DNA of 64,000 nucleotides from the human T2T-CHM13v2.0 reference genome, Homo sapiens: the NCBI RefSeq assembly GCF_009914755.1, contig NC_060926.1; one strand, given 5' to 3'. The position numbers were made by a program, and so were the translations under genes. Every line of letters starts with the position of its first letter. Position 1 is the stretch's first letter. This document shows positions 45,200-61,430 of this stretch, piece after piece. The notes beneath the pieces are model-generated. The model did not search any database and was not told the origin of the DNA. It saw nothing but the letters and a program-made list of their open reading frames with translations.

Positions 45200-46532
45200 T
45201 CATTTCACTCTTGTTTAGAGGGAAACGATAATTTTAAGGGTCCCATTTGAATCTAAGTTTTGCATGTTGAGTCTTTGAATGAAATGAATGCATATTATAG
45301 GGGAAAGTCTGCAGTCTCACTTCCTATGAGACTATATGTGTTGGATCTTTGACTTGTGCACATTAAGGTGGGCGTTTCCTTTCTTCCTTCCTTCCATCTA
45401 ATCATTTCCTGGCTATGTGTGCAATTCTGGAGCCACTTTCACACTGCAGAAGTTCAACCTGCAGATCTTTGGAAAGGGGCCTTGATTCTCCTTTGCTATT
45501 TTAGCAGCTTGTGCCTTCATCTCCAGGAGTCCTTATTCATTCACTCTAAGTTATAGTTTCCACATGAAGTCACCTGATTTGCAATGAGTGTCTTTCTGCA
45601 GTAATTAGCTCCCCACTCGGGGAGAGCACAGCTGCACATTAAGTCCAGTTGATCCAACATCAACACATGGCTCACTGCTGCACGGCAGACATGAGCTTCC
45701 TACTGCACCTACAAACAAATACACGGATCCATTTTCTTCCCCAGAAACCAGCCTGAATACAGCCTCCTGTTTTTCAAGACACGGAATGTGCTGGCAGCAC
45801 CAAAGCCGAGGTTATTCTTGGTTTCTGATCTATTTCCCCTCCCCTCTTTTCCCATCTACGTTTGCTTAGAAGACATATCATGTCATGAGCAGTGCCTGCT
45901 CTTTGCAGACTTTCCTTTGGGGTTATTATTATTATTAATATTAGTATTTTAAATCTCTGGTAGCAGTTGGCTCTGGTGCCTTTTGTGCATTTGGAGAAGT
46001 GTATAGAGAGGCAGGCAGATTGGCCCCACCTCATGGAGGTGTCAGGGGAAGAAGGACTCAGGGGGCAGAGGACACTCTGAATTTCACCTGCTGTGCTCTG
46101 GTCTGGAGATGGTCCAGGGCCAAGTGCTCAAGATATGCTGACCTGATTTTGTGCAGAGCAGCTCATTGAAAAAGAGACTAAAGGCTGCATGTCAGTGTGC
46201 CAGATCAAGAGCACATGGAACTGAGCTCAAATCAAAAATGACAAGAAGATAAGATGCCAAGTTCTGATGGAAGGATGTATGCATGTGGTGTAGGGGCATC
46301 AGAGTTTGTATATAAGGCACCGTGTAAAGAACTAACATTGAATATTAAAATATCACTGTTTCATATATTTAGCTGTATATTTTTAAGTGACACAATAGTG
46401 ATTATAACCTCCATCTTCCTCACCAAAACATATTATTTGGCTCTCCTGTTCAACCAAACAGTTTTAACCAAATAATAAAAACATACCCAAGTTCCTCTGG
46501 AGCAGGCTGGAGTCATCTAGCAGATAGTTACA

Positions 46533-48052
<1,520 letters not shown>

Positions 48053-48604
48053 ACCGAGTCTTCTCTTTGCTTTTTTCAGGGCATTTTCTATGTTTTGCTG
48101 GCCATTTTGGACTGGGATAGATTTCTCTAACTTCGGGATTTCTCCCTTTAGCAGTTTCTGATGAACCATTCATGCCTGAATTATGATGTGTAAAATGCCA
48201 CGTTGGATTCTCCAAGAACCTGCCATTTGTCATGCTTTTCCTTCTTGGGCCATGCATTCATTTGTTATCCCAGAGCACTCTGGAATGTCCTGGGCTCTAA
48301 ATTAAGGGATCTAAATGACTCCTCTAGAAAGAAATGTGGGGAAAAATAAAAGTTAATCGGCCTCCACTAATAGAGGCAGGGCAGGGCAGTTTCTCTATCA
48401 CTTCTTTCTGATCTCAAAAGTGTTCCTCCCAGTACAAATGAAGAGAAGGAATTTAAGACCCCCTGGGCTTAAGAAAAGGAGGAGAGAAGGAAGACAGAAA
48501 CGTGAGGGATAACTGCATGCCCTTGGGGATGTATGTCTGCAATAGATGCCATTGCCTCAGAGGAACCTTCCAAGGAACAATTCCAAATTACATTCTACTG
48601 AAAC

Positions 48605-48715
48605 TAGGGTGACTATAAAATGGATCATCCAAATAGGACACTTTTAAAGGAAAGTGGACACTACTAGTAGTTATGTTAGACAATAGGCATAAACTGAGAC
48701 TGTGCCTGCTCACCC
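48605..48715 (+). mobile_element. MER94-like hAT-Blackjack MITE
   Basis: tagggtgactata..atcatccaaataggacactttt...aggcataaactgagactgt...tcaccc. Confidence 0.65.
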
Positions 48716-49729
48716 ATATCAGTGACCGAGTGGATGAACTTTACCCGAGAACCCACTCTGTGTCAGTGGCGGTGTCCGGCTGTGTTCATGTTCGGCACTC
48801 ACCCAAGACATGTGAGTCCAAGACAGGGACATCCCTCATGTTGCAATATAAGAAATTGACACAGTTGGGACTTCAAGCTCTACTACCAAAGTTCAAAGTT
48901 TGGTTTTGAAATTTCAACAGTTATTAGTAGACCAACTAGGGGTAAAGGCAGACTCCTTCCTGATTCTGGAACAGAATATGAAGTACGTATGTAAAGAGAA
49001 CTAATGTATGCGTTGGAAGGGGAGATGGCAAGGTCACATTACCATCTGAGTTTGGGTTTTTCTTACATGTGTCACTTGGCCCAGTTTTTATTAGTAAGTG
49101 GCGACAGAGTGAGAAGCAGGAAAATTTGATTCGTGGACTGCATTTGGTTGGGTTCCTCCCACACTCAGCAGGTCCAAGACCTACCCTGTTTTACTAAAGG
49201 ATGCAGCCAGCTTCCTTTCCCCAGGGAATGCTTTCAGCAGAGAGAAGCTCAGTTATGGCTTATGTCTCATGACTTTTCCCTAATCTGCTTCATCCTAATC
49301 TGTTCTCAGGATATTAAAAAATAATAATCAGGGAGCATCCAGAGGCCAAGAATATCAAATCCTGCTTCCTCCAGCTTCCCCAGTCTCTGCTTTTCCACTA
49401 GAACTGGCTCAGAAGCTGCAGGACTCAATATCCCCCCTGCAATCAAGGCCAGGGATGAGCTGGACAGATTGGGACAGGTTTTTGGAAGCAGCAGAGGGGC
49501 TGATCTTTGAAAACAGAATGTACTAAAAGCAGTTCTTGGAAAGTCAAAGGAGGTTAAAACTGTAGTCAGCATCATTTTCTCCCTCGTGTAGTTAATGACC
49601 TTTTTCACTGACGATTCATGGGTTAGATGTGAACATCTGTCCCACAGTGGGAAAAAGATGAATAAATATCTGAATTAAATTAGGACCAGAAGCAATGATC
49701 ATCAGTCATTTACTGTTTCTTCATTGGTT

Positions 49730-50130
49730 TATATTACATTTGTTCATCCACTAATTCATTAGTTCAAGTGTCAATTTTTTATTCTCTGTCATGTGTTCCT
49801 GCTTTTTCCAAGTTTATAGCCTGGTGCTGGGGTGGGGGGTGGTGAGTGGGAGACGCAGACAATTAAATGGACAAATGCATAAAATGATCCATAGGCTTTG
49901 ATAGGAGTACAAAATAGTATGAGAGTACCTAACGTGGACTTCCAACCTAAGCCAAGGGGTCAAGGGAAGAAGTTTCTCAGAGAAAGTGACACACAAACTG
50001 ATACCCATAGAATCTCATAGAAATCAGTCAGTCTGAGAGAAAATGAACTTAGAAAAAGTGCTCAAGGTCTGGGTGCAAGAGGACATGGCTCATCCAAGGA
50101 ACTATAAGATGGTCAGTAAGACTGTAAGAC
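49730..50130 (-). mobile_element. L2 fragment
   Basis: catttgttcatccactaattcatt start; ggggtcaagggaagaagtttctcagagaaagtgaca. Confidence 0.6.
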
Positions 50131-50262
50131 AAGAGGGCAGGAGAATAGGAAAGGACGGATGGATAAGCTTTATTTCCTCTTTCGTTTTCTTATAATCATA
50201 GACTGTTAGGACTGAAAGGGATTTGTGGTCATTAACCCCTCCTCTTAGAAACTGGGAAATCA

Positions 50263-50620
<358 letters not shown>

Positions 50621-51016
50621 TCAAAGTCGTACATTTTCAAATTGGGATGCTACATAAACATGGATTCAATTGCCTGCTCCAAGTCTGATTTTCTTTTCAT
50701 GATCTGGTAATTTGTAATTTTCCCTTTAAAAAAAAAAAAAGAATCGTTGAAGCCATAAAAAGTGTGACTTAGCATTCTTAGACTAGAGATCTGTTTAAAA
50801 TGGTGGGGTGTGAGCTTACTGGAAATCAAGCTGAAAGACCTAAAGTTTTGTATCTGCAACCTTTTGATTGTTTTCACAGGATTTTGACTTAGCAAGTAAT
50901 TTGGAAGTGTTTATCCTTTAAGTAAATGCATCTTTTGCTGTTTTAGCAATTTGTTAGAGCTTTGTCATATGCTAGCACCTCTGGCCAAGATACTTCATGC
51001 ACAAAATAGAGGAAAA

Positions 51017-51135
51017 TGTGTGTGTGTGTGAGAGAGAAGTTGAGAATTAAGCATATATATATATATATATATATGCACACACATATATACACATATATGT
51101 ATACACACACGTATATAAATATACACATATATATT
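51017..51135. repeat. Compound (TG)/(TA)/(CA) microsatellite
   Basis: Seen directly. Confidence 0.9.
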
Positions 51136-52801
51136 TTTTTTGATCAGAAGAGAAGATCAAGATGTAAACAGTCAAAAATGTTTAAATTACCCACTGCGTG
51201 TACCTTATAGGATGGTGAGAAATTAATGAGAAAGAGAGCGAGGGCTTAACTGATCTAAGTTGCAGGGGAAAGTGTAGGTCAGTCATAGGAAAAGGGCAGC
51301 AGCTCAGTTTGGTTGGAACGAAAGGAATATATAAGGAAGCAGTGGAAAATCAGCCTAGTAGAATAGTCCAGATGGACATAGTCCTGAATGTTGAATGTCA
51401 ACATATTTGGTGGATAATGGAGGAACTACAGAGGTTTCTGAATGACAAAAAGGAGTTGTTGGTCCCTGAGAGCAACCAGCTGACCTCTGATAATTCATTG
51501 TCTGAGGCCAGGTCCCCTTCCCAGGGCCTGGTACCCTTGCCTCAATGTGGGGCACGTCTAGGTCAGAGCTCCACGTGGGGTCCTAGGCTGCGACTGCACC
51601 ATGGCTCAAATTCCTCCTCTGTCCCATGCTGAATCCTTCACTCCCCACACATGTTGATCCTGAGCATGCTCCACAATAAACTCCTTCCTCACTACCTTCG
51701 TCTGTTCCTGGGAATCCAGATCTGCAACAGAGTGATAAACGGGTGGGCAGAGAGAGACCGTAAACCAGGATTCCAACCGATAAGCATGAAATGATGAGGG
51801 CTTTACCCCGGAGCTTCTGCTGAGTATCTAAAGAGAAGGAAAGGAAAGGGATAATGGGAATCTTCATCTCATCACTTTCATCTCTAAACCTTCTAGGAAT
51901 GAACTTCTACCATTTTTTTTTTAAACTTCTTGACAACAGTGTTACAAATTCCTTTCTTTTTTTCCTAAAGACTTGGAGGCACAGTTTTCAAAACTGGCAG
52001 CATATCAGAACAATCCCAGGACTTTCAAAAAATGTAGCTTCGTGACTCTACTCCCAGAAACTGATTCAGTAATTGTCTGTGGAAGGGCCCCAGAAAAATG
52101 AAATATACACCACTGCTTTCATTTCTAAAATACACACTTCAAGTGCATTTTCTCATTTGATTCACATACACAGTCACACACACACTATCAAGATGTAGAT
52201 ATTATCATTATTATTGCCATTTAACAAATGAGAAAACTGGGGGGCTGATGAAAGTTTATCAACTTGCTGTAGGGCACCCAGATAAAAGAGAGACAAAGTC
52301 AAGATTAAAGACACTAGAGGCCTCTTGATGTTCTTCCCTCTACACCATACAGCCCCTTCCAGCTCTCAGGAGGCCAAGGTTCTCAACCTTGCTATGTGCT
52401 TACTCATTGCTCTCTGCCTTTGCTGAAGCTGTCCCTCAGGCTACCCTGCTCTGCTCCACAATACAAACCCTGAGAAATCTTCAGAACAAATCCAAGGTAT
52501 GTATAAAGCCATTCAAAATGTTCTATAAGGCACTTCCAAAGTGGTCCTATTCAAGTGACGCTCGACCAGGTGCTCACACAGTATTCTCAGCTAACTCTGA
52601 ACCCCAGGGAGAACTGGTTCACATGCATCCTTTGCCAGACCCCTCAGTCCATGATCAGGCTCATTTTCTTAGTTTAATTTTTCCTTTTATTCTTTTTTTG
52701 TGCCTTTTATTTACCTAACCCAGCTGGAAGCTCTGAGAGGAAAGGTATAGGCCAACAACACAATTTAACAAATTTTTCTGGCCCCTTTTATGTACCAAGT
52801 A

Positions 52802-53129
52802 CAGTTGTTTCTTGGTATCCGTGGAGCTTTGGTTCCAGGACCCCATTGAATACCGAAATCCATGGATGCTAAAATCCCTTTTATAAAATGACGTAGTATT
52901 TGCATATCATTTACATACGTCCTGTTGTATACATTCAATCATCTCAATTACTTATAATACCTAACACAATGTAAATACTATGTCAATAGTTGTTATACTG
53001 TATTTTAAAGTTTGTATTGAATTTACATTTATGTTGCTATTTTTTATTGTTTTATTTTTCCAAATATTTTTGATCCGTGGTTGCTTGAATCTGCAGATGC
53101 ATGACCTACAGGTACGGAAGGCCGACTAC
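52802..53129 (-). mobile_element. MER2 (TcMar-Tigger) inserted in an L2 fragment
   Basis: ggtatccgtgg..tggttccaggacccc..ataccgaaatccatggatgct..gtagtatttgcatat...gatccgtggttg.ttgaatctgcagatgc. Confidence 0.88.
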
Positions 53130-53479
53130 AGTGCTAGCAACACATGGAGGAATAAGACTGAGCCATAGCCCTCAAAGTACTCATAATCTCTCTCTCTTCC
53201 TACAACCAGTCACCCATTTTATAGATACTGGTTTGGTTTTGTGAACAAAGGGTTACATGAATACAGAGGAGGGAGTGGGTGAAATTATGAGAGTTGTTCA
53301 GAAGATAAGTTACTCAAGCAAAGTCTTGACAGGAAGTTGGTAAGATGATCAGTGAGCACTAGGTTCATATTCAAAAAAGGGAGACATTTTAAGAGATGTT
53401 TTTGTATTCAGACTTAGGAGCAGAGATTCATTGATTGATTCAACACACAGTTTTGGGCACCAATAATCCTATGGGTTAT

Positions 53480-54290
53480 TATTTATGCCTCTCTCTTTCT
53501 TGCTCTCTATATTCAATCCATCGGCCAATCAAACCTCTTTTACCCTTTGCATGTCTTTCAAATTCATCTACTTTTCTTCAGTCCCATTACCACCTCTTCT
53601 CATCAAGACTTTGGTGATAGCTTGCTCACCATTCTCTTCATGCAGTATCCATGCCTGCAACCCTCCAATCCATTGTCTTCTTTATAATTGTAGATCTAAC
53701 TTTGACTTGTAAATCTGAATTACATCTCCCCACTCTGCTTCCCAAGACTCTTAAGATAAAAAGCAGAATTTTAACCCAGCCCTACGTGGTCTTAGACATT
53801 TTGGCCATTCTCATTTCCCAGCCTCACCTAGCCCTTGGTTTCATGTCATCTTCGCTTTCTTCTATATTCCCTCCTGAGACACAGCCTTTGCACATGCTGC
53901 CCCCTCTGCTGAGGATGCGCTTTCCCATGATTCACCTCCCTCTTCTCCTTAACTCTTACTCTTCCTTCTGGACTCAGCAAAGGCATCATTTCCTTAGGAA
54001 ATCCTTCCCTGAGCTTCTCTTACCAGATCTACAACTCCTGTTACTTGCACATGTAATGAATCCCTCTCCTGCTACTGTACAGCATTTATGACATTATAAT
54101 TTTACATTAATTTAATTGCTTAAATTAAAGTTCATCTTACCCCCTCATTTATTAAGTTATACAAAGGCAAGGATTTTGTCTGTTTTTGCTCACCAGTGGA
54201 CTTCCCAGAGTTCAGCAAAATGCCTGGTAGAGAGAAGGCTCTCACATACTTGTTAAGTGAATGAATGCATGAACCAATGACTGAATTAAT
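53480..54290 (+). mobile_element. L2 3' fragment
   Basis: gcctttgcacatgctg...ggcaaggattttgtctgtttttgctcacca...tgttaagtgaatgaatgcatgaa tail. Confidence 0.75.
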
Positions 54291-54619
54291 GGACTGATAC
54301 CTGTCTGACACAGTCTGGGTCCTGGCATTATAAGGGTGAGCAAAGGGGACCCAGTTTCTACTTTTGTGGAGCTTCTACTCTACTGCTGGTTCATGGAGAT
54401 TGAAAAGTCAGTGTGGCTATTTGCAATTTGGACAGGTTCTCCACAACTCTTCCCTGACCCCCTTTCATTCATCTTGTGCTGGAGATTTCAGGATTTAGGG
54501 TAGTTGAAATTACAGTTGTGTTTGTTTTCCAACACTTTCTACAATGCTCTGTTGCCAGGCTTCAGAAAGAACATATCTCTTTATGTGCAGAAAAATTCTG
54601 TAATGAGCATGTATTGCTT

Positions 54620-54915
54620 TCTGGTAACTGCACATCCATTTTCCCTTCTTGCCAGAGTTCCTCAGTTTTCACGTGGGGTGTCACCTCTCCTATATGCTGT
54701 GTTCTCATGATGGGACTGTCTGTCAAAGGGTGGGCATGTGGCCCAGTTAGGCAAATGGGCCTCCCTCTTATTAATAACACTTACTGATTTTTCCTAGTTG
54801 GGGCACTGTGGGAAAACTGTAAGTGGATCCAAGGGCCTTTCCTTTCTGAGTCGTTCTATGAGCCCTTGAATCACTTCTCTTCTTCAGTCAATGTAAGTAT
54901 ATTTCTGTTGCTTGC
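54620..54915 (+). mobile_element. Degenerate ERVL-type LTR (LTR16/LTR33-like)
   Basis: gggtgggcatgtggcccagttaggcaaatgg and tttctgttgcttgca terminus. Confidence 0.45.
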
Positions 54916-54932
54916 ACCCAGCCCTCTTCAAT

Positions 54933-55147
54933 CAGGGTTCCACTGGAAGAGGACTACTGCCTGCAGTCCAAATTTAGTCACCGCCTATTTTAGTATGTAA
55001 AGTTTTATTGAAGCAAAGCCATGCTTATTCATTTACATAATGTCTACTGCTGTTTTTATGCTACAAAGACAAAGTTGAGTAGTTGCAACAGAGACCATAT
55101 GGTCTGCAAAGCTGAAAAGATTTACAGAGAAAGTTTCCCAACCCCTG
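54933..55147 (+). mobile_element. MER58A (hAT-Charlie)
   Basis: aaagttttattgaa..agccatgcttattcatttac...gttgagtagttgcaacagagaccatatgg...tttacagagaaagtttcccaacccctg. Confidence 0.88.
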
Positions 55148-55737
55148 CAGTAGAGAGTGAACCCTCAATCCCTAAGACATTCATTGTAAGTAATCAATTA
55201 ATTTCTCTTCTATGCATCTGGAATGGCACTAGATAAATACTACCCTTGGGAGAATTGAGAGCATCATTAAATCATTTTCTGTAGGATTAAATTTTTGCAT
55301 GAAACATTGCTTAAGAAAGAATGCTTGTACCTGAGAAATCCTACATGTTCCACCAATTGTTTTCTGTCTAAGTTTCTAGAAACCTCTGATTCTCTATGCT
55401 GGCTCTTGGTTAAACTTATGTAGGGAATGTTGTTGGAAGTTGACTGAAGAACTGATTCTAGGACCCAGGTATTCTAAATCTCTCTGGGAATCGGAAAAGT
55501 TCTTTATTCTCTCTGTGCCTCAGCTTCATCTTCTACACAAGAATGAGATTTAGCTAGGATTTCTGAATTCTCTTCCAACATTCTGTAATTCATCTAAACA
55601 AAGATAAAGGCAATCAGATATACAAATAACAGTAAAATATCCAATTGTGAAATGAACCTAAAAAGAAAAGTTGCATCTAGCGTTGTGTATGTTGGAGAAT
55701 AGCATGAAGTAGTGTGGAAAGCTGTGTGCAAAGGCAG

Positions 55738-55739
<2 letters not shown>

Positions 55740-55768
<29 letters not shown>
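55740..55768. repeat. (TG)n microsatellite
   Basis: Seen directly. Confidence 0.95.
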
Positions 55769-55772
<4 letters not shown>

Positions 55773-56559
55773 AAAAAGCAGTAAACGTCTGCATTAGTTT
55801 GAATACTGTCTTCTCTGGGTCCAAGAGGAGAAACCAGAGTGCCTGAAATGTCTCATTTGAGTCCTAAACGTAAATCCATGGTAAATAGCCTATTGTCAGA
55901 AAATTTAGGGATAGTCCCTAAGCAAAGTTTGTTTTACTTTTTACTCTCAGACTTGTTCCTAAAGCTCAGTCAAAATTTCACCCTGGAAAGTGCCTACTTA
56001 AATTCCTTTAACAAGCAATCTCCTCTCAGTAGACACGAGTTTGGACCTGTCCACTCTCCTCAAATAGGCCATCCATTTGAATTGTTTGCAAGGCCCCAGG
56101 CTACAGGTAGTTTAAAACGCCACTATCAGATTGCTTCTCAATCTTCTCCTCCAGACTAAATAGTCCTGATTTTTGTCAGCAGCTTTTCATACTCTGGGCT
56201 CTTTTATTAACTATTTTTGCACTTAGGTGCATTGTCAACCTACTCCATAGTGTGGTTTTGCTCCTTCTAGGAGCTTAGAGGCCACACCTGGGATTGGCTG
56301 GCTCCAGGCCCTCTTTAAAAACATTTTGATGATCATGTGTTAAGAACGAATGACAATTGTCCGCCCAGAATGCTCAAGCATCAACTCGTATGAGTCAGGG
56401 GAATTGGTGAAATAAACCGCAAAATCCAGTCTATCTATCCTATAATTAAGCCCCTCTAATGTATGGACAAAACAGATTGGTGAGGACTACTTCTGATCTC
56501 CACAAATTAAAAGCCTCCAAAGGAAAAATGCCTTTCCTTTAGAGGGTCATTTTTCATGT

Positions 56560-56990
56560 AGTACATTAAATATTTATTGACCATCTGTGCTATGTCAGGC
56601 ATTATGCTAGCTACTAGGATATAGAAATGAGCATGAGAGATCGGGTCCCTGCCCTCCTAGTGCTTATGGGCTGGTGAGGGTGCATTGAAAAGGGAGCATG
56701 TGACACAAAAATAAACACGTAATTATGGTAAAGTAAGTGTGTGCTACGGCAGGAAGCATATGGAGGCCCTAACTCAGAATTGAGGAGGAGGCTAAGAGGA
56801 CAGCAGTGTTGGAAGAAGGGATATGATACTCCAGCCAGATAGAACAGAGAGTAAAAGAGCCATGTGTAGCAACCTGAAATAATTTTTACTTGCCTGCCTC
56901 ACAGAGCAGAGGGATGGTGTTAAGAGAGAAATCTGTGAGTGTGGATTGAACCAGGTGGAGCCCTATAAACCAGTTAAGAAGATGAAAGCT
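56560..56990 (-). mobile_element. L2 fragment
   Basis: aaatatttattgaccatctgtgctatgtcaggcattatgctag...gtccctgccctc. Confidence 0.7.
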
Positions 56991-57195
56991 TAACCAGGGG
57001 CGATTTTGCCCTCCAGGGGACATTCAGCAGTGTCTAAAAACATTTTTGGTTGTCATAAATTAGAGTTGCTACAGGCATCAAATGGGTGGAGGCCAGGGAC
57101 ACTCCTTAACATCCTGCAATGCACGAGACAGCATCCCCACAACACAGACTCCTTTGGCCCATAATGTAAATAATTCCGAGGTCGAGAAACCCTGC
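56990..57195 (+). mobile_element. MER20 (hAT-Charlie)
   Basis: ggggcgattttgccctccaggggacatt...atttttggttgtca...gaggccaggga..aacatcctgcaatgcac...gaggtcgagaaaccctg. Confidence 0.9.
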
Positions 57196-57909
57196 TCTAG
57201 CACAGTGGGAATCACTAAAGGAGGAGAGGTGGCAAGATCGGATTTATTTATAACTCTCCCTCTGGACACAAAGAGGTGGGGCCGAGTGAATTAGAAGGAG
57301 CCCAAGCTAGGTGAAATAATTGATTGCAGCCATACAGGTAAGGGATGGGATATAAACCTCAAAAACCTCCTCAGCCAGTGGCCCTGCCAGAGAAACACAT
57401 CCTGATTTAGGAAGTCCGAATAAAAAGGCCACCACCAGAGTGAGCGATGGAAAGCTGAAAAGAAAATGAAATACAATCACTGTTTTCATCTGCACCTTGT
57501 GTCTGGCTCACTGTTCTGTTACACTCAAGCTGAAGGCATATTAAGTAAAAGATTCAGGATTAAAGTGTTACTTAACTTTAGCAGAAGATGGTAGGGTCTG
57601 GATATTTTAAACACATACCCCCCCACCCCCTACACACACACACAGGACATGATCCCATGTATTTGTGGAGCATGTTTTGCATTCTTTGTGACAGGTGGGG
57701 CCCTATAAATGAAGCAAGGGACAGCTGCTTAGCATGATAATGTGTTCCATATTGTCAGACCAATTTGGAAAAACTAGTAGTATCTATTATTAAGAATAGT
57801 ATTATATATATGGAAAGTCTCTTTATATCAGACTTTAGTGCACAGGAAAACATGGTGATCCCCACCCACCTCCTCCATGATCACTTCCCAGTGGCCTGAA
57901 TGAAGCATC

Positions 57910-58170
57910 CAACAATAGCTACTATTTCTTGAGCAGTCGCCATACACCAGGCCCTGTGCTAAGCACGCTAAATATGTTTTTCTCACACAATCTTCACAAT
58001 GCTGTAAAGTATTTTTCTTCCAATTTTACATTTAAGAAAACTGAGATTTAGGAAGTTAGTGAGGGAGTCCCAACATTGCAAAGCTTGTAGAAGGCAGAAT
58101 CTAAATTTCAACCTGGGAATGAAAGCCTCTCCCAAGACTCTTGAACTTGACCCCAAGAGCGTGCCTTTTC
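57910..58170 (-). mobile_element. MIR
   Basis: aacaatagctactatttcttgagc...ccaggccctgtgctaagcac...aaactgagatttaggaagttag. Confidence 0.75.
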
Positions 58171-59337
58171 TGGTCAACAGCAATGAGTAATTTCAAGAGG
58201 CCACCTGGATCACACTTTGTCTCTGAGCATCCTGCCCCTCGGAGGTAAGGCTAAGCACCCACTGAACTGTGGCTGTTCTCATGTTGTTCGAGGAATATTC
58301 CGGCCCAGCAGGGTCCAGCTGTCTGAGCCTTGGCCACCTCACATCTGCACATACTACCACCCCACAGCACCACAACTACTGTCCTCTCTATGGCATTCTA
58401 GTAAAGTGAGCAGCTTGGCATCTCTCTCTGGAAATTACTGTAACAGAGATGACTGCAGATCTCCCAGTACCAAGTTGGTAGTGCCCATCAATCACATTTC
58501 CATGGGTTGTTTTGAAAAACATCCAAGTCTCAGATTTGACTGAGACAGGCAAGAGAAGAGTTGGGATGACGTCCAGAGGTGCAGACCTAGAACAAATCAT
58601 GAAGTCTCTGTTTGTTTGTTCCCCTGTAATAATCACGGGATGTTTTCTAGTTACTCAACAGATAAGAACTCCTTATCACTCTTGGCGTTTTCACATGCTT
58701 TCCTCTTTTTTATTTGGAAGTTTGTTCTTTTCCTGCTGTTGGCCACCCATCCTGAGAGCACAGCCAAATGTCCAGGGGCTTTCAAAGAAATTGCAACAAT
58801 CCCCTGGGACTCAATATCTTCACAAGATATTTTCAAAGGACTCAAAATGACTGGCCTTCCAGAAAACACAAACACCACATGAAATAAGATATTTTCCACT
58901 CTGAACCCAAAATTCATTTTTCCCAATCCCGTGGCCTAAGCCCTAATGGGACCACATGGTACTCTTCTGTCCCCCAAGAACCAGCTCCAGCTGAGTTGAC
59001 TCTCAGCTACTGAGAGGCGGGCACACCTAACCCTCCATTTAGGCAACTTTCTTCCAAAGTTCTAGACGTGGGCTTCACAGTGTTGGAAACACACATGTGT
59101 TTCCTATTAAAATCATAGATCAAAGGGGTTGCTTATTTTTCAACTACAGGCCATGAGCAAGCTCAAAACCCATCACTAGAAATATCCAGCATCAAGACAT
59201 GAAGGTGAATTGCCAACAAAAGCCATGCTGCTTCTGAGATTCCCACTCTTGGAGCCTCAGGAGGTTGCGTTTGTTCCATCCCTGGTACACACTCTTCTGC
59301 AAAGTCTGTTGCCTGAATTTGCTTCTCCGAAGAACAC

Positions 59338-59832
59338 TGCATTGGTTTCCTGTGGGTGCTGTAATAAATTACCGTGAACTTGGTGGCTTAAAACAACAGT
59401 AATTAATTCTCTCACAATTCTGGAAGCCAGAAGTCCACAGTCAGCTTCACTGAGCTAAAATCAAGGTGTCATCAGGGTGGCACTCCCTCCAGGGTCTCTG
59501 GGAGGCTCCATTCCTTGCCAATTGTGGTGTTTGGTGGCTGCTGGCATTCCTTGGCTTGTGGCTGCATCACTCCAACACTAAGGCCAGCATCCCTGTGTCT
59601 CTTTCTGCTACCATTACATCTTCTTCTCCTGTGTGTGTGTCAAATCTCTGTGCCCCATCTTATAAGGACACTAGTGATAGCATTTAGGACCCACCAGATA
59701 ATCCAAACTAATCTCTCCAGTTCAAGGTCCTTAATCACTTTGGCAAAAGCTTCTTCACCAAATAAGATGACATTTACAGGTTCCAGGAATAAGGATGTTA
59801 TATTTCTGAGAACCATTTTTCAGCCTACTACA
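59338..59832 (-). mobile_element. MLT1C-like MaLR solo LTR
   Basis: ttggtttcctgtgggtgctgtaataaattacc..aacttggtggcttaaaacaacag...ggcattccttggcttgtggctgcatcactcca...ttcagcctactaca. Confidence 0.9.
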
Positions 59833-60198
59833 ACAGCCTCCCAGCTCATTCTGTAGAGAGATGAGTGAGAATAGGCTCACTACACTCCTCCCGAAAGATC
59901 TCAAGTTAGGGTTGAAAACATTTATACACACAAATATATATTAATGACTCTATGTATTAATAAGAGATGTATATTCATTTGGCATGTGTCATATTCAGTA
60001 TATGTGTTCAGAATTTAAAATCATCTACTCTCTAGCATCTGAACTATGCTATTACTATCATCTACTGAAGTAGATCATCGGCCCCTGTATTCTTGATATT
60101 TTTGGCTGAATAATTCTTTGTTGGGGTTGAGTGGAGAGCTATTCTGTGCATTGTAGGATGTTTAGCATCATCCAGCAAGTAGAAACCTAGGAAGCCCA

Positions 60199-60665
<467 letters not shown>

Positions 60666-61354
60666 TACACCAGGTGCCAATATGCCAGTAGCACACACCT
60701 ACCCTCACCCCTGATTGCAACAAACCAAAACGTCTTCAGACTTTGCCAAATGCTCCTTGGGAGGCAAAATTACCCCCAGTTGAGGACCATATATATACCT
60801 AAAAAAATAAATAGAAACCCTTGGAAAATAGAAAAGACTGAGAAAAATATGTAGAATTGTTTAAAATATGTGCAGGTTGGCAGTTGTTGCTATTAACCCA
60901 CTAAGCTATCAGGTTCAAGGGCCACAGGCCACACGGGCACTAGTGTGGCTCTGGGGGGATGTGACAGCGTCGCTGTTGGTGGGGGACATGGTTTGGAGAA
61001 GGCAGTCTGCTTGGAATAATTCTGCCTATCCCTTTCCTTTCAAGCCTCGGAGCCTCAGGCTGAGCAGCAGGACCAGACATGATCTCCCACCCCCCACATT
61101 CACCTTCTAATTTATTTTAATTATTCTCTTTTTTCCCCCTTAGTCCTCAGGCTTCATTTAGGTGCATGTGGCTCACTCAGGCAGCTAAGTTTGAAGGCAC
61201 CAGCAGACAACTGTCTGGCAGAGCTATGCTGTGAGGTCCCTCCACTGAGACTTCTGATTTTGAACATGTCCCTACTGGTAGAAAAAGCTAAACAAAAGAG
61301 GGACTGAATGGATGTGTGCCCCCTGCCCCTCTCTCCACCCCCAGGCCCCCACTT

Positions 61355-61385
61355 GTCTCTCTCTCTCCCCTCTCTCTCTCTCTCT

Positions 61386-61426
<41 letters not shown>

Positions 61427-61430
61427 GCGC
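61355..61430. repeat. (CT)n(CA)n(CG)n compound microsatellite
   Basis: Seen directly. Confidence 0.95.

Noticed and set aside
53651-54091. 146-aa Leu/Pro/Ser-rich ORF
   Set aside because: Lies within a pyrimidine-rich L2 relic; the composition explains the lack of stops
61262-61271. p53 half-site GAACATGTCC
   Set aside because: No adjacent second half-site
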